Origin: an uncultured Opitutia bacterium
GTDB lineage: Bacteria; Verrucomicrobiota; Verrucomicrobiia; Opitutales; UBA953
Length of the DNA stretch: 64,000 bases
Assembly: GCA_903913915.1 (NCBI GenBank)
Contig: CAIWNE010000033.1
Span: 3,620 to 67,619 of the forward strand
Direction of reading: 5' to 3'
The notes beneath the pieces are model-generated. The model searched no databases, was not told the origin of the DNA, and saw only the letters and a program-made list of their open reading frames with translations. Every line of letters starts with the position of its first letter. Positions within the stretch are counted from its first letter, which is position 1. The translations under genes and the position numbers were made by a program. Positions 9,498 to 17,627 of the stretch are shown here, in pieces.

Positions 9498-10387
9498 CAG
9501 GACCCCTTCAGCCAAGCCTGCGGTTTCAAATAATGCGAGAGCAGACGTTCTTCCGGGGAGCCGGCGGCGGGCTGGTGGCCGTAGTGCCACTGCACGCGGG
9601 GCGGAAGGGACATCAGGATGGACTCGGTCCGGCCGCCCGACTGGAGGCCGAAGATGGTGCCGCGGTCGAAGACCAGGTTGAATTCGACGTACCGGCCGCG
9701 ACGGACCTCCTGCCAGTTGCGTTCGCGTTCGCCGTAAGGGGTGTCCTTGCGGCGGCGCAGGATCTCAGCGTAGGCCGGACCATAGGCGTCGCCGACCTTG
9801 CGCATCATCGCGAAGGCCGCCTCGAAGCCGCCCTCGGTGAAATCGTCGTAGAACACGCCGCCGACGCCGCGCTGTTCCTGGCGATGCTTCAGCAGGAAGT
9901 AGTCGTCGCACCAGGCCTTGAACTTCGGGTAGTGCGCGCCGGTGGCCTGTTCGGCGGCGCGATGCCAGGAGACAGCGTCCTCGTCGAAGCCGTAGTATGG
10001 CGTCAGGTCGAAGCCGCCGCCGAACCACCAGACCGGGTTCGGTCCGTCGGTGCAGAACATGCGCACGTTCATGTGCGAGGTCGGGCAATAGGGATTGAGC
10101 GGGTGATGGACGACCGAGACGCCCATGGCGCGGAAGCCCTTGCCGGCGAGGTCCGGACGGGCGACCGTGGCCGAGGGAGGCAGGGCATGGCCGCGGACGT
10201 CGGAGAAAGCCACCCCGCCCTTCTCCATCACCGCGCCGCCGGCGATGACGCGAGTCCGGCCGCCGCCGCCTTCGGCGCGCTTCCACTCGTCGGTGAGATA
10301 GCGGGCCGTGCCATCCACTTCCTCGATGATCGCGCATAAGCGATCCTGCAGGCCGGTCAGGTAGTTTCTGACGAGATCGGGATTCAT
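9497..10387 (-). CDS. hemF: Oxygen-dependent coproporphyrinogen III oxidase
   Basis: Begins [26 protein letters not shown]. Conserved HemF blocks are [42 protein letters not shown] and [16 protein letters not shown]. The start was trimmed to ATG 10385-10387. Confidence 0.93.
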   Translation of the reverse strand: MNPDLVRNYLTGLQDRLCAIIEEVDGTARYLTDEWKRAEGGGGRTRVIAGGAVMEKGGVAFSDVRGHALPPSATVARPDLAGKGFRAMGVSVVHHPLNPYCPTSHMNVRMFCTDGPNPVWWFGGGFDLTPYYGFDEDAVSWHRAAEQATGAHYPKFKAWCDDYFLLKHRQEQRGVGGVFYDDFTEGGFEAAFAMMRKVGDAYGPAYAEILRRRKDTPYGERERNWQEVRRGRYVEFNLVFDRGTIFGLQSGGRTESILMSLPPRVQWHYGHQPAAGSPEERLLSHYLKPQAWLKGS

Positions 10388-10535
10388 GTTGGACCCATTG
10401 AATCCGAGGGCGCGGGACGGGTCAACGAAGCCTCGCCCGCCGGGAGACGAATCCACGGCGGCTTATCCCCCTTATGCGACAACTACTAGGTATGCCTTGA
10501 TGGGAACCTGCAAATCGGCAGGGTCTGACCACGCC

Positions 10536-11207
10536 ATGAACCCGGAATTCAAGCTCATCCTGCTTTTCTGCCTGGGCGGGGCGTGCGCCTTGGGGTTGCC
10601 ATGGTGGGCATGGCGGCGCGTCAAAAGCCTCGAGAGGAAGTACGGCCGGATCCTCCTGGTCCGCGGCGTGACCGGCGCGCAGGCGGCTCGCATCGTGCTC
10701 CTGCGTGGCGAGATCCCGCAGGTCGACGTCGACGAGAGCACGGTCGCCGTGACGGATTTCTACTCGGCGCACGAACCCGCGATCAAGCTCTCGAGCGAAG
10801 TCTACTCCGGCAGGCGGCTCTTCGACGTCGCCCGGGCGGCGCGCCTCGCAGGCCATGCGCTGCAGCACCGGGACCGCAAGCTCGGCGGAGCCGCCGCCTG
10901 GGATTCGTTCATGATTCTCTGGGGCAACGCCTGGCCTGTCCTCGTGGTGATGCTGCTGTTCAGCGGCAAGGCCCGTCCGTGGTCGCTGGCCGCCTTCTCG
11001 GCGCTCGCGGTCTTCCTGGCGATCTGCCATCTCCTCAAGCACACCCACGTGCAGGATGCGGCCCGTCGCGGGCGACGCGAACTGGACGGCGCGAAGCTGC
11101 TCGACGGGCACCCCGACGAAGAGGTCGACGCCGCCTTCCTGGCCGCGCGATTGGACCATATGGCCATGCCGTATTCGAAAACGTGGCTGCGGCTGCTGTT
11201 TTCCTGA
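10536..11207 (+). CDS. YugP-like (Zn_peptidase_2 family) membrane protein with degenerate HExxH motif
   Basis: About 223 aa starting at ATG 10536 (MNPEFKLILLFCLGG...). The layout is an N-terminal TM helix, then GVTGAQAARIVL...VTDFYSAHEPAIKLSSEVYSGRRL...AARLAGHALQH, then C-terminal TM helices. This matches my recollection of YugP (MTGAEVAR..LSDHYDP..RLSEGVY..AAHEVGHAIQH). Confidence 0.6.
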   Translation: MNPEFKLILLFCLGGACALGLPWWAWRRVKSLERKYGRILLVRGVTGAQAARIVLLRGEIPQVDVDESTVAVTDFYSAHEPAIKLSSEVYSGRRLFDVARAARLAGHALQHRDRKLGGAAAWDSFMILWGNAWPVLVVMLLFSGKARPWSLAAFSALAVFLAICHLLKHTHVQDAARRGRRELDGAKLLDGHPDEEVDAAFLAARLDHMAMPYSKTWLRLLFS

Positions 11208-11339
11208 GCAGGACCGCTACAGGCGCCCCTTGCCGGGCCTAATGTCGCCCGCTCCGGAAAGTTCCTGCTTCCGAGCCTCCGGGCCAGAGCCAAGATTCAT
11301 ATTCCATTACGACCGCCCGCCGAAGGCACCCGCGAACCC

Positions 11340-12656
11340 ATGCTCTCGAAACCCAGCCGCCTCCAGACCGTCCTGCTGATGCTCCCTGCATGGGCCTTCT
11401 CCCATGCCGTGCTGGTCTTCCGGGTGCTCCCGCTCGACCCCAAGGGCACCGCCTTGATCCCGGACAAGGTGCTGCCGTTCATGCTGCTCTTCGGCCTCGC
11501 GGGGGGCTTCGCGGCCATCGCTTCTTACGTCGCGGCCCGGCGCGCCCAGACACTGGGCTGGAGCCTGCCCGCGATCATCGGCCTGCTCATCCATGTGCCT
11601 TTCGCCGGCGCCGGCCTCGCGCTCTGGCTGGCCGCGACCGGCGACGAGCAGGAAAACGCTTCCCCCTCGCCCCTGGCCGTCGCCGGCCGGCTCATCGTGC
11701 CCTTCATTCTCGCGTGCCTGGTCTGCGCCGCGCTGACCGTAGGCTTCGATTACGTCACCAAGAACGCCCAGGTCGCCACCGGCCTCAAGCAGACCGGCGG
11801 ATACTTCGGCTTGGCGATCTTCGCCGGCCTCCCCTTCGCGACCGGGGTGAGCAGCGGCGTGATCATCCGCCGCGCCGGCGGGAGTTTCGGCCAGGCCGTC
11901 GCCGCGGCGATGACGCTCATCGGCGGCGTCATCCTCATCCTTTGCGGCATGCTGATGGAAGGCGTCATCTGCGTGGTCATGGCCGCCCCGTTCGGCGCGG
12001 CCCTGGCCTTCCTCGGCGCGGTCGCCGGCTATTTCCTCGCGCGCGCCAAGGCCGCCGACGGCACGCTGCAGTCCGCCGCCTGGCTCGCGATCGTCGCGAT
12101 CGTCGGCGTGGAAGGCTGGCATCCGCCGGCGCCGCTGGAAGCCACGACCTCGAGCGAGATCGTGATCGACGCGACCCCTGCGCGCGTCTGGGCCGAACTG
12201 CATGACATCCGCGACCTGCCGAAGACCGACAACCTCCTCTTCCAGTTCGGCATCGCCCACCCGATCGGCACCGCGACCGACGGCCAGGGCGTCGGGTCCG
12301 CCCGTCTCTGCAAGCTGAGCACGGGCGACATGCCCGAGATCGTCACGGTATGGAAGCCCGGCCAGGAACTGCGTTTCAAGGTGCTCTCGACGCCGCCCTC
12401 GATGCGCGAGACCGGCTTCTTCGGCCGGACCATCGACACGACCCACATCCACAGCGCCTACGCGAGCCTCGAGGGCGGCTTCAGGCTCGAGCCACTGCCC
12501 GGGGGCCGTACGCGGGTGACCGGCGAAAGCCACTATCTGCTGAACATCGCCCCTGCGTCCTACTGGAACCTGTGGACAGAAGCCATCGTCCACATGGTCC
12601 AGCGCCGGGTGCTGGACCACGTCAAGACCCGGGCGGAAAACGCCCCCGAGGCCTGA
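11340..12656 (+). CDS. Polytopic membrane domain fused to a C-terminal SRPBCC (START/polyketide-cyclase-like) domain
   Basis: 438 aa. The first ~270 aa contain about 7-8 hydrophobic helices. The C-terminal ~160 aa (SSEIVIDATPARVWAELHDIRDLPK...GDMPEIVTVWKPGQELRFKV...) have the typical SRPBCC signature. Confidence 0.62.
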   Translation: MLSKPSRLQTVLLMLPAWAFSHAVLVFRVLPLDPKGTALIPDKVLPFMLLFGLAGGFAAIASYVAARRAQTLGWSLPAIIGLLIHVPFAGAGLALWLAATGDEQENASPSPLAVAGRLIVPFILACLVCAALTVGFDYVTKNAQVATGLKQTGGYFGLAIFAGLPFATGVSSGVIIRRAGGSFGQAVAAAMTLIGGVILILCGMLMEGVICVVMAAPFGAALAFLGAVAGYFLARAKAADGTLQSAAWLAIVAIVGVEGWHPPAPLEATTSSEIVIDATPARVWAELHDIRDLPKTDNLLFQFGIAHPIGTATDGQGVGSARLCKLSTGDMPEIVTVWKPGQELRFKVLSTPPSMRETGFFGRTIDTTHIHSAYASLEGGFRLEPLPGGRTRVTGESHYLLNIAPASYWNLWTEAIVHMVQRRVLDHVKTRAENAPEA

Positions 12657-12718
12657 AGCCGCGCCGCCCGGCGGAAACTTCGCCTTGGTCGCGGAGTTAT
12701 AATCCTTACAAAGACCCC

Positions 12719-13378
12719 ATGAACTCGAACCGACTTTTCGCGATCTTCAGCCTCATCCTCGTGGCCAGCGTCGGCTATGCCGTCTACCAGTGGACGCGGC
12801 CCGAGGAAGCGCCGGTCGTCCGGAGCACCGCCAAGAAGACGCGCTCCCCGGTCAGCAACCTCAACTCCGAGAAAGGCGGCACCCGCACCGCCAAGAACCT
12901 GCACCTCAGTCGCAAGGACGACGTCGGCACCGACGTGGAAGAGAAGGACCTCGCGAAGCAGTCCAAGCCGGTCGCCGAGCTCGACGCTAAATTCGCCACC
13001 TGGCGCGAAGACGGCCGCAAGGCCGTCGAGGACATGTTCGGCGGCGACCGCCAGAAGATCGGCGAAGCCTTCCGCACCGCGATGCAGAACGACGAATTCC
13101 GTTCCAACTTCGGCCGCATGCGCGAACTCGAAGCCCAGTACCGCACCGCCACCGACGACAAGAAGCAGGCGATCATGGATGAACTCGGCGAGGTGCGCAG
13201 CCGGGGCCTCGGCATGCTCAAGCAGGCCGCAGCCGCCGCACCGGCCGTGACGATCACCGCGCCGTCCATCACGATCACCGGCCCCGGCGTCGTGAATCCG
13301 GCCAACGGCGCCGGGACGACGATCGCCCCCGCCGCCGCGCCAGCCCCGGCCCCGGCGCCGCCCGTTGTCTTCCAGTAA
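12719..13378 (+). CDS. Signal-anchored hypothetical protein, paralog family member P1 (charged helical core, Ala/Pro-rich tail)
   Basis: Begins at ATG 12719 with MNSNRLFAIFSLILVASVGYAVYQW. The core RMRELEAQYRTATDDKKQAIMDELGEV resembles the EL..EAEYASDDEKK core of P5/P6. The C-terminus is AAPAPAPAPPVVFQ. Confidence 0.6.
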   Translation: MNSNRLFAIFSLILVASVGYAVYQWTRPEEAPVVRSTAKKTRSPVSNLNSEKGGTRTAKNLHLSRKDDVGTDVEEKDLAKQSKPVAELDAKFATWREDGRKAVEDMFGGDRQKIGEAFRTAMQNDEFRSNFGRMRELEAQYRTATDDKKQAIMDELGEVRSRGLGMLKQAAAAAPAVTITAPSITITGPGVVNPANGAGTTIAPAAAPAPAPAPPVVFQ

Positions 13379-13393
13379 GACCTCGGCGGCTCC

Positions 13394-13927
13394 ATGCCGC
13401 CCCGCCCCATGATCGCGTCCCTCGCCCGACGGCCGATGCTTCTCGGCCTGGTCCTCTTCGGAGCGGCCTGGATTGCGTTCGCATGGATCGCCTCCGGCGA
13501 CAGGCCTGAACCCATCGCTCGTCCCACCAAGGCATCCGTTGCGCACGGAATCCCGGCCGCGCATGCCGGCGCGCCCCGCAGCGCCAACGGCCTCGCGGTC
13601 GACCGCGAGCATGACGTGTCCGCGGACGGACGTCCCCCTGACGCCCGCCGCGAAAGCATCATCCGGACGGGCCTAGGCGAGATCCAAGAACTGCAACAGA
13701 TGAACAAGGCCGTCTTCGACGAAGCGGCCGGACGCTGGAACGCCCAGCCGCGCGTGAAGGAACTCATCGCGAGATGGAAAGAAACCGAGGCGACGTGGAA
13801 GACCCAGGACGACGAGGCCAAGGCCGCCGTCATCCCGCAGATGGAAGCGATGTGGAAGGAAGCGCTCGGCCTGCTCCGCGAAGAAGTCGAGAAGTCCGCC
13901 CGGGAAGCAGGAGCGGGCGTCAGGTAG
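13394..13927 (+). CDS. Signal-anchored hypothetical protein, paralog family member P2
   Basis: 177 aa with a hydrophobic N-terminus RRPMLLGLVLFGAAWIAFAWIASG. The core is PRVKELIARWKETEATWKTQDDEAKAAV. The 3' end overlaps the convergent amidohydrolase gene by 8 nt. The exact start is uncertain. Confidence 0.5.
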   Translation: MPPRPMIASLARRPMLLGLVLFGAAWIAFAWIASGDRPEPIARPTKASVAHGIPAAHAGAPRSANGLAVDREHDVSADGRPPDARRESIIRTGLGEIQELQQMNKAVFDEAAGRWNAQPRVKELIARWKETEATWKTQDDEAKAAVIPQMEAMWKEALGLLREEVEKSAREAGAGVR

Positions 13928-14678
13928 CCGCGAAGCGCGCCAGCTCCGAGCGGAAGTCCGTCAGCACGGATCGCATCCGCGCGAAGCCGGCGTGCCTTTC
14001 GCCGGATTCCTCATCCATGTAAAGGTCGCGGCGCACCTCGACCATCACCGACTGCAGACGAGCGTCCTTCCGGAAGAAACGGTTCGGCACCATCGCGCCG
14101 CTGAACGGCACGTCGACGCCGACGGCAAAGCCATGTCCGCGGAAGAAGGTTTCAGCCGCGGCGCGCAGCTCCGGCGACGTATGCCCAGGTTGCGTGCCGA
14201 TGCCGATCTCGGGCGGCGCCGAGAAATCGACCTGCGTCGGCAAAGCTCTCGTCGGAAACGAATGCGCATCGAGGATCACGCACCGTCCGAAACGCGCGAG
14301 CCGTTCCGCCGCGGCTTCGTCGAGACGGCGGTGGTGAGGCCAGTAGTAGCGGGCGAGCAGTTCCGCGCGACGCGCCTCGGACAGCGCTCGCAAAGGATGC
14401 CCGGCGCACGTCTTGACGTACGTCGCGCCCATGCCGACTGAGGCGCAGGGTTCGCGGCGATCGTCGGCAAACCGTTCGACATCGACGACGAGGCGCGAGA
14501 CTTCGGCGAGCAGGACATCCTGCGGATCCGCTCCCTCCGCATAAAGGGCGCCCGTGTGCCAATCAGTCAGCCGGAGACGTTCCGCCCTGAGGACTTCGTC
14601 TGAAACCAAGAAGTCGGGCCGTTCGGCCGCCGGAATCACCGTCGAATCATGCGGAATGTGGATCAATAGGGGGGTCAT
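13920..14678 (-). CDS. N-formylglutamate amidohydrolase (FGase) family protein
   Basis: The start was trimmed to ATG 14676-14678 (MTPLLIHIPHDSTVIP...). Family blocks: IHIPH.S..IP, SRLVVDVER and VILDAHSFP. Confidence 0.8.
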   Translation of the reverse strand: MTPLLIHIPHDSTVIPAAERPDFLVSDEVLRAERLRLTDWHTGALYAEGADPQDVLLAEVSRLVVDVERFADDRREPCASVGMGATYVKTCAGHPLRALSEARRAELLARYYWPHHRRLDEAAAERLARFGRCVILDAHSFPTRALPTQVDFSAPPEIGIGTQPGHTSPELRAAAETFFRGHGFAVGVDVPFSGAMVPNRFFRKDARLQSVMVEVRRDLYMDEESGERHAGFARMRSVLTDFRSELARFAAT

Positions 14679-14813
14679 GGTTGAAAGAATGATGACATTA
14701 AGCCCAGACTGAGGCTTAAAGCATTGATGAATAGTGTCATAAGTTGATTTCGATTCTTGCAACTGTTGCCGAAATGTGGGGTTTTAACTGTGAACCCCCA
14801 ATCCACCACACAC

Positions 14814-15209
14814 ATGAAACTCAAACTCGCATTCCTCCTGGCCCTAATCTCCTCGGCCGGCCTCATCGCTGCCGACGCTCCGGCCGACGCCCCTAAGGGC
14901 GACGCTCCTAAGAAGGGCGACAAGGGCAAGCATGGCCCCCAGAAGCCTGACTCCGTCGACGAAGCCACCTGGAAGAAGTTCCTCGACGCCAACAAGGCTG
15001 CCGACGATGACGCCGCCGTGAAGGCCGCCGTCGAAAAGGCCAAGGCTGACCCGAAGGACGCCGACCTCCGCAAGGCCGTCATGGAAGCCCGCAAGGCTGC
15101 CGTCCTCAAGGCCGACGCTTCCCTCGAGTCCGTCTTCAAGGCCCTCGACGAAGCCCGCGCCAAGGGCAAGGGCAAGAAGAAGAAGGGCGAAGAGCCTGCC
15201 GCCAAGTAA
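14814..15209 (+). CDS. Small secreted Lys/Ala/Asp-rich helical protein, paralog P3
   Basis: Begins at ATG 14814. Signal peptide MKLKLAFLLALISSAGLIAADAP, then DAPK-type repeats (ADAPADAPKGDAPKKGDKGK), then the core SVDEATWKKFLDANKAADDDAAVKAAVEKAKADP...LKADASLESVFKALDE. Confidence 0.7.
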   Translation: MKLKLAFLLALISSAGLIAADAPADAPKGDAPKKGDKGKHGPQKPDSVDEATWKKFLDANKAADDDAAVKAAVEKAKADPKDADLRKAVMEARKAAVLKADASLESVFKALDEARAKGKGKKKKGEEPAAK

Positions 15210-15231
15210 TCTTCGGATTACTGGCCTGAAC

Positions 15232-15261
15232 AAGACCCCGGTTCGCCGGGGTCTTTTGTTT
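15232..15261 (+). terminator. Rho-independent terminator after P3
   Basis: aagaccccgg-ttcg-ccggggtctt (10-bp perfect stem, tetraloop) followed by ttgttt, starting 23 nt after the stop. Confidence 0.72.
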
Positions 15262-15414
15262 GGGGAGATCCCAACACCAAGGGAGACCGGAAACCGAAAG
15301 TGAGCGTGGGCTTTGAAAGACCCTAAACCAATCATCCGGTCTCCGGTTTCCCATTGAGATGATTGATGTTCTCAAAGCGCCAGAACCTTTGGCCCTTCCC
15401 GGTGTTTCCTAAGC

Positions 15415-15942
15415 ATGCGCCTCCCTGCCCTGCTGCTCGCCCTGCTCGCCTCTCTCCCCCTCTTCGCCGCCGACGACCCTAAGGCAACCGACGCCCCGAA
15501 GACCGACGCCCCGAAGACCGACGCCCCGAAGGCCGACGCACCTAAGGCGGACACCCCGGCGGCCAATCCTTTCGAAAAAGGCTCACCCAAGGCTGCGGCA
15601 AAGAAAGCCAAGAAAACGATGGGCATCCCCGCGATCCCCGAAGGCATCTCGATCGAGGATGGCGTGAAGTTGCAGTCAGCTTGGTCGAAGGCCCAGGAAG
15701 ACCCTGCACTGAAGGCTGGCGCCGCGAAAGCGCAGGACGGCGAAGACAAGCCCAAGGAAGCCGAAGGTAAGAAGGGCAAGAAAGGCGCCCCCAAGGAAGC
15801 CAAGGCCGACCACGCCAGCGCCGATGAAGCCTTGGAAAAGGCCATGCTCAAGGCCGACCCCACCCTTAAGCCCGAGCTGGTCCACACCTTCGTCCAGTCG
15901 ATCCACCAGAAGGGTGGCGAACGAACCAAGAAGGCCAAGTAA
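15415..15942 (+). CDS. Small secreted protein with DAPK pentapeptide repeats, paralog P4
   Basis: Signal peptide MRLPALLLALLASLPLFAADDP, then TDAPKTDAPKTDAPKADAPKAD, then the core GISIEDGVKLQSAWSKAQEDPALKAG...ALEKAMLKADPTLKPELVHTFVQSI. Confidence 0.7.
   Translation: MRLPALLLALLASLPLFAADDPKATDAPKTDAPKTDAPKADAPKADTPAANPFEKGSPKAAAKKAKKTMGIPAIPEGISIEDGVKLQSAWSKAQEDPALKAGAAKAQDGEDKPKEAEGKKGKKGAPKEAKADHASADEALEKAMLKADPTLKPELVHTFVQSIHQKGGERTKKAK
15487..15546 (+). repeat. 15-nt in-frame tandem repeat (3 perfect + 1 diverged unit) encoding (T/A)DAPK
   Basis: accgacgccccgaag is repeated exactly three times (15487-15531), followed by gccgacgcacctaag. Confidence 0.88.
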
Positions 15943-15974
15943 GCCGGCTTGAAGGGAGCGAACGATCGCCCCGC

Positions 15975-16015
15975 TAGGGCGTCGGGATGCGTTGGAACCG
16001 CATCCCGACGCCCTA
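15975..16015 (+). other. Perfect 17-bp stem-loop (REP-like or T-tract-less terminator) between P4 and P5
   Basis: tagggcgtcgggatgcg-ttggaac-cgcatcccgacgcccta. No U-tract follows it. It lies 33 nt after the P4 stop. Confidence 0.5.
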
Positions 16016-16060
16016 AGCATGCAACTTCCTGCGGCGACCGCTGTTAAACAGGAAGACCCC

Positions 16061-16984
16061 ATGCGCCCCGCCCTGCTCCTGCTCGCCGCCCTGTCCGTCG
16101 TCATCGGCCATGCCGCCGAAGATTCGGCCGCAACCCCTGTGGCGAAGAAACCCGCTCGGCAGGCCAAGAACCCGAACCCTCTGCCGGACTCCGTCGCCGG
16201 CGTGTCCGACGAGGAGTATGTCCGCATCCGCGCCGCGCTGATGGCGACCTACGGCGACGAACAGGTCGTCGCGGCACGCAAGAGAATCGCCCAGCTCAAG
16301 GAGCGCACGCGCTTCACCAACGGCCGCCAGGAAGCCGAAGACCTGCGGGCGGATTTCGACAAGGCGCGCGACGCCCTGGTAGCGGTCACCTTGGAGGCCG
16401 TGCAGAAGAAGGATCCGACGATATCCAAGGACTCCGTCGTGCTGACGCTCAACGCCGTCGAAGAGCTCGCCAAGAAGCGGGGCCAGGATGCGGCGCAGAA
16501 ACTCCGCGAGAAGGAAATCGCCGAAGCCAAGGCGTCCAAGAAAGCCGCGCCTGAAGCCAAAGCGGACATCGCCGTCGCCAAGGAAGCCGAAGCCAAGCCC
16601 CAGGCGCCTGTGGCGATCCTCGCCGACGTCGAAGGCGTCTCGGCCGAAGACATGAAGAAGTTCCGCGCCGCCGCGCTCGTCGCCCGTTCCGATCCGACGG
16701 TCAAAGAACTGAAGGCCAAGCAAACCGAACTCCGCAAACAGGCGGAATACGCCTCCGCCGACGAACGCAAGGGCATGCGCGGAGAATTCGAAGCCGTCAT
16801 GGCCGACATCCACAAGGCCATGCTCGCCGCCATCCTCAAGGCCGCCCCCTCGCTGCCGAAAGACACCGCCGAGACGATCCTGGAGACGGTGGAGGCGCGG
16901 ACCATCGCCGCCAACCAGAAGAACATGCAGAAGGCCGCGACCAAGACGCCGCTGAAACCCTTCCCGTTCGCGGAGAAGAAATAG
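16061..16984 (+). CDS. Secreted helical protein with two tandem copies of the family domain, paralog P5
   Basis: Begins at ATG 16061. Signal peptide MRPALLLLAALSVVIGHAAE. Domain copy a is GVSDEEYVRIRAALMATYGDEQVVAARKRIAQLKE.... Domain copy b is GVSAEDMKKFRAAALVARSDPTVKELKAKQTELRKQAEYASADERKGMRGEFE...ILETVEAR. Confidence 0.75.
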   Translation: MRPALLLLAALSVVIGHAAEDSAATPVAKKPARQAKNPNPLPDSVAGVSDEEYVRIRAALMATYGDEQVVAARKRIAQLKERTRFTNGRQEAEDLRADFDKARDALVAVTLEAVQKKDPTISKDSVVLTLNAVEELAKKRGQDAAQKLREKEIAEAKASKKAAPEAKADIAVAKEAEAKPQAPVAILADVEGVSAEDMKKFRAAALVARSDPTVKELKAKQTELRKQAEYASADERKGMRGEFEAVMADIHKAMLAAILKAAPSLPKDTAETILETVEARTIAANQKNMQKAATKTPLKPFPFAEKK

Positions 16985-17053
16985 GAGCGGGCCGACCGCC
17001 GACTTGCCAATAATGCCGGCTGAGCAGACCCTGTCACACCCCACCCCTCCCCT

Positions 17054-17614
17054 ATGAAGCAATTCCTCTCCCTCCTGCTCGCCGCCGCCGTGGGCTCAGC
17101 CGCCACCTATTTCGTGATGGACGCCAGACAGGCGACAACGGCAGCCCAGGCCACCGCCGTCGCCGAGAAGGCGGGCGCGCCGAAGTCCGCCGTGAGATCC
17201 GATACCAAGACCTCCGACGCTCCGTCCGCCGAGACGCCCCGCAAATCCGGCAACAACCGCTTCGGTGGCAAGGGCGGGTTCCTGCCCGAAGAGATCGACG
17301 GCGTCACGCCGGAGCAGATCGCGAAGTGCAAGGCCGCCCTCTTCAAGTCCTTCCAGGACGAAGGCGTGAAGGCCGCCCGCGCCAAGCAGGCCGAGCTGCG
17401 CAAGGAGGCCGAATACGCCTCGGACGACGAGAAGAAGAACATGCGCACCCAGTTCGAAGACGCCCAAGCCGACCTGCGCAAGGCGACCAAGGCCGCGATG
17501 CTCGCGGCCGACGCGGACATCACCGACGACGTCGCCGACAAGGTCCTGGATGCCGTGGAAGAGCGGATGAAACAACGCGCCCAGCAGTTCCAGCAGAACG
17601 CCAAGAAGAAGTGA
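17054..17614 (+). CDS. Secreted/anchored helical protein, paralog P6
   Basis: N-terminus MKQFLSLLLAAAVGSAATYFV. The core GVTPEQIAKCKAALFKSFQDEGVKAARAKQAELRKEAEYASDDEKKNMRTQFE...VLDAVEER aligns residue-for-residue with P5 copy b. Confidence 0.75.
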   Translation: MKQFLSLLLAAAVGSAATYFVMDARQATTAAQATAVAEKAGAPKSAVRSDTKTSDAPSAETPRKSGNNRFGGKGGFLPEEIDGVTPEQIAKCKAALFKSFQDEGVKAARAKQAELRKEAEYASDDEKKNMRTQFEDAQADLRKATKAAMLAADADITDDVADKVLDAVEERMKQRAQQFQQNAKKK

Positions 17615-17627
17615 CGAAGCCCGGGCC

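Noticed and set aside
12698-12703. A TATAAT hexamer 16 nt upstream of the P1 start codon, considered as a -10 promoter box.
   Set aside because: I found no acceptable -35 element at 16-19 bp spacing. A single hexamer match is too weak to support a promoter call.
15281-15352. A possible riboswitch or leader structure upstream of P4, from ggagaccgg / ccggtctcc (9-bp) and ggaaacc / ggtttcc pairings.
   Set aside because: The two helices overlap and cross, so they cannot both form as a simple fold. The sequence motif is the same GGTCTCCGGTYTCCC repeat seen at 354-368, so it is more likely part of the dispersed repeat family than a dedicated riboregulator.
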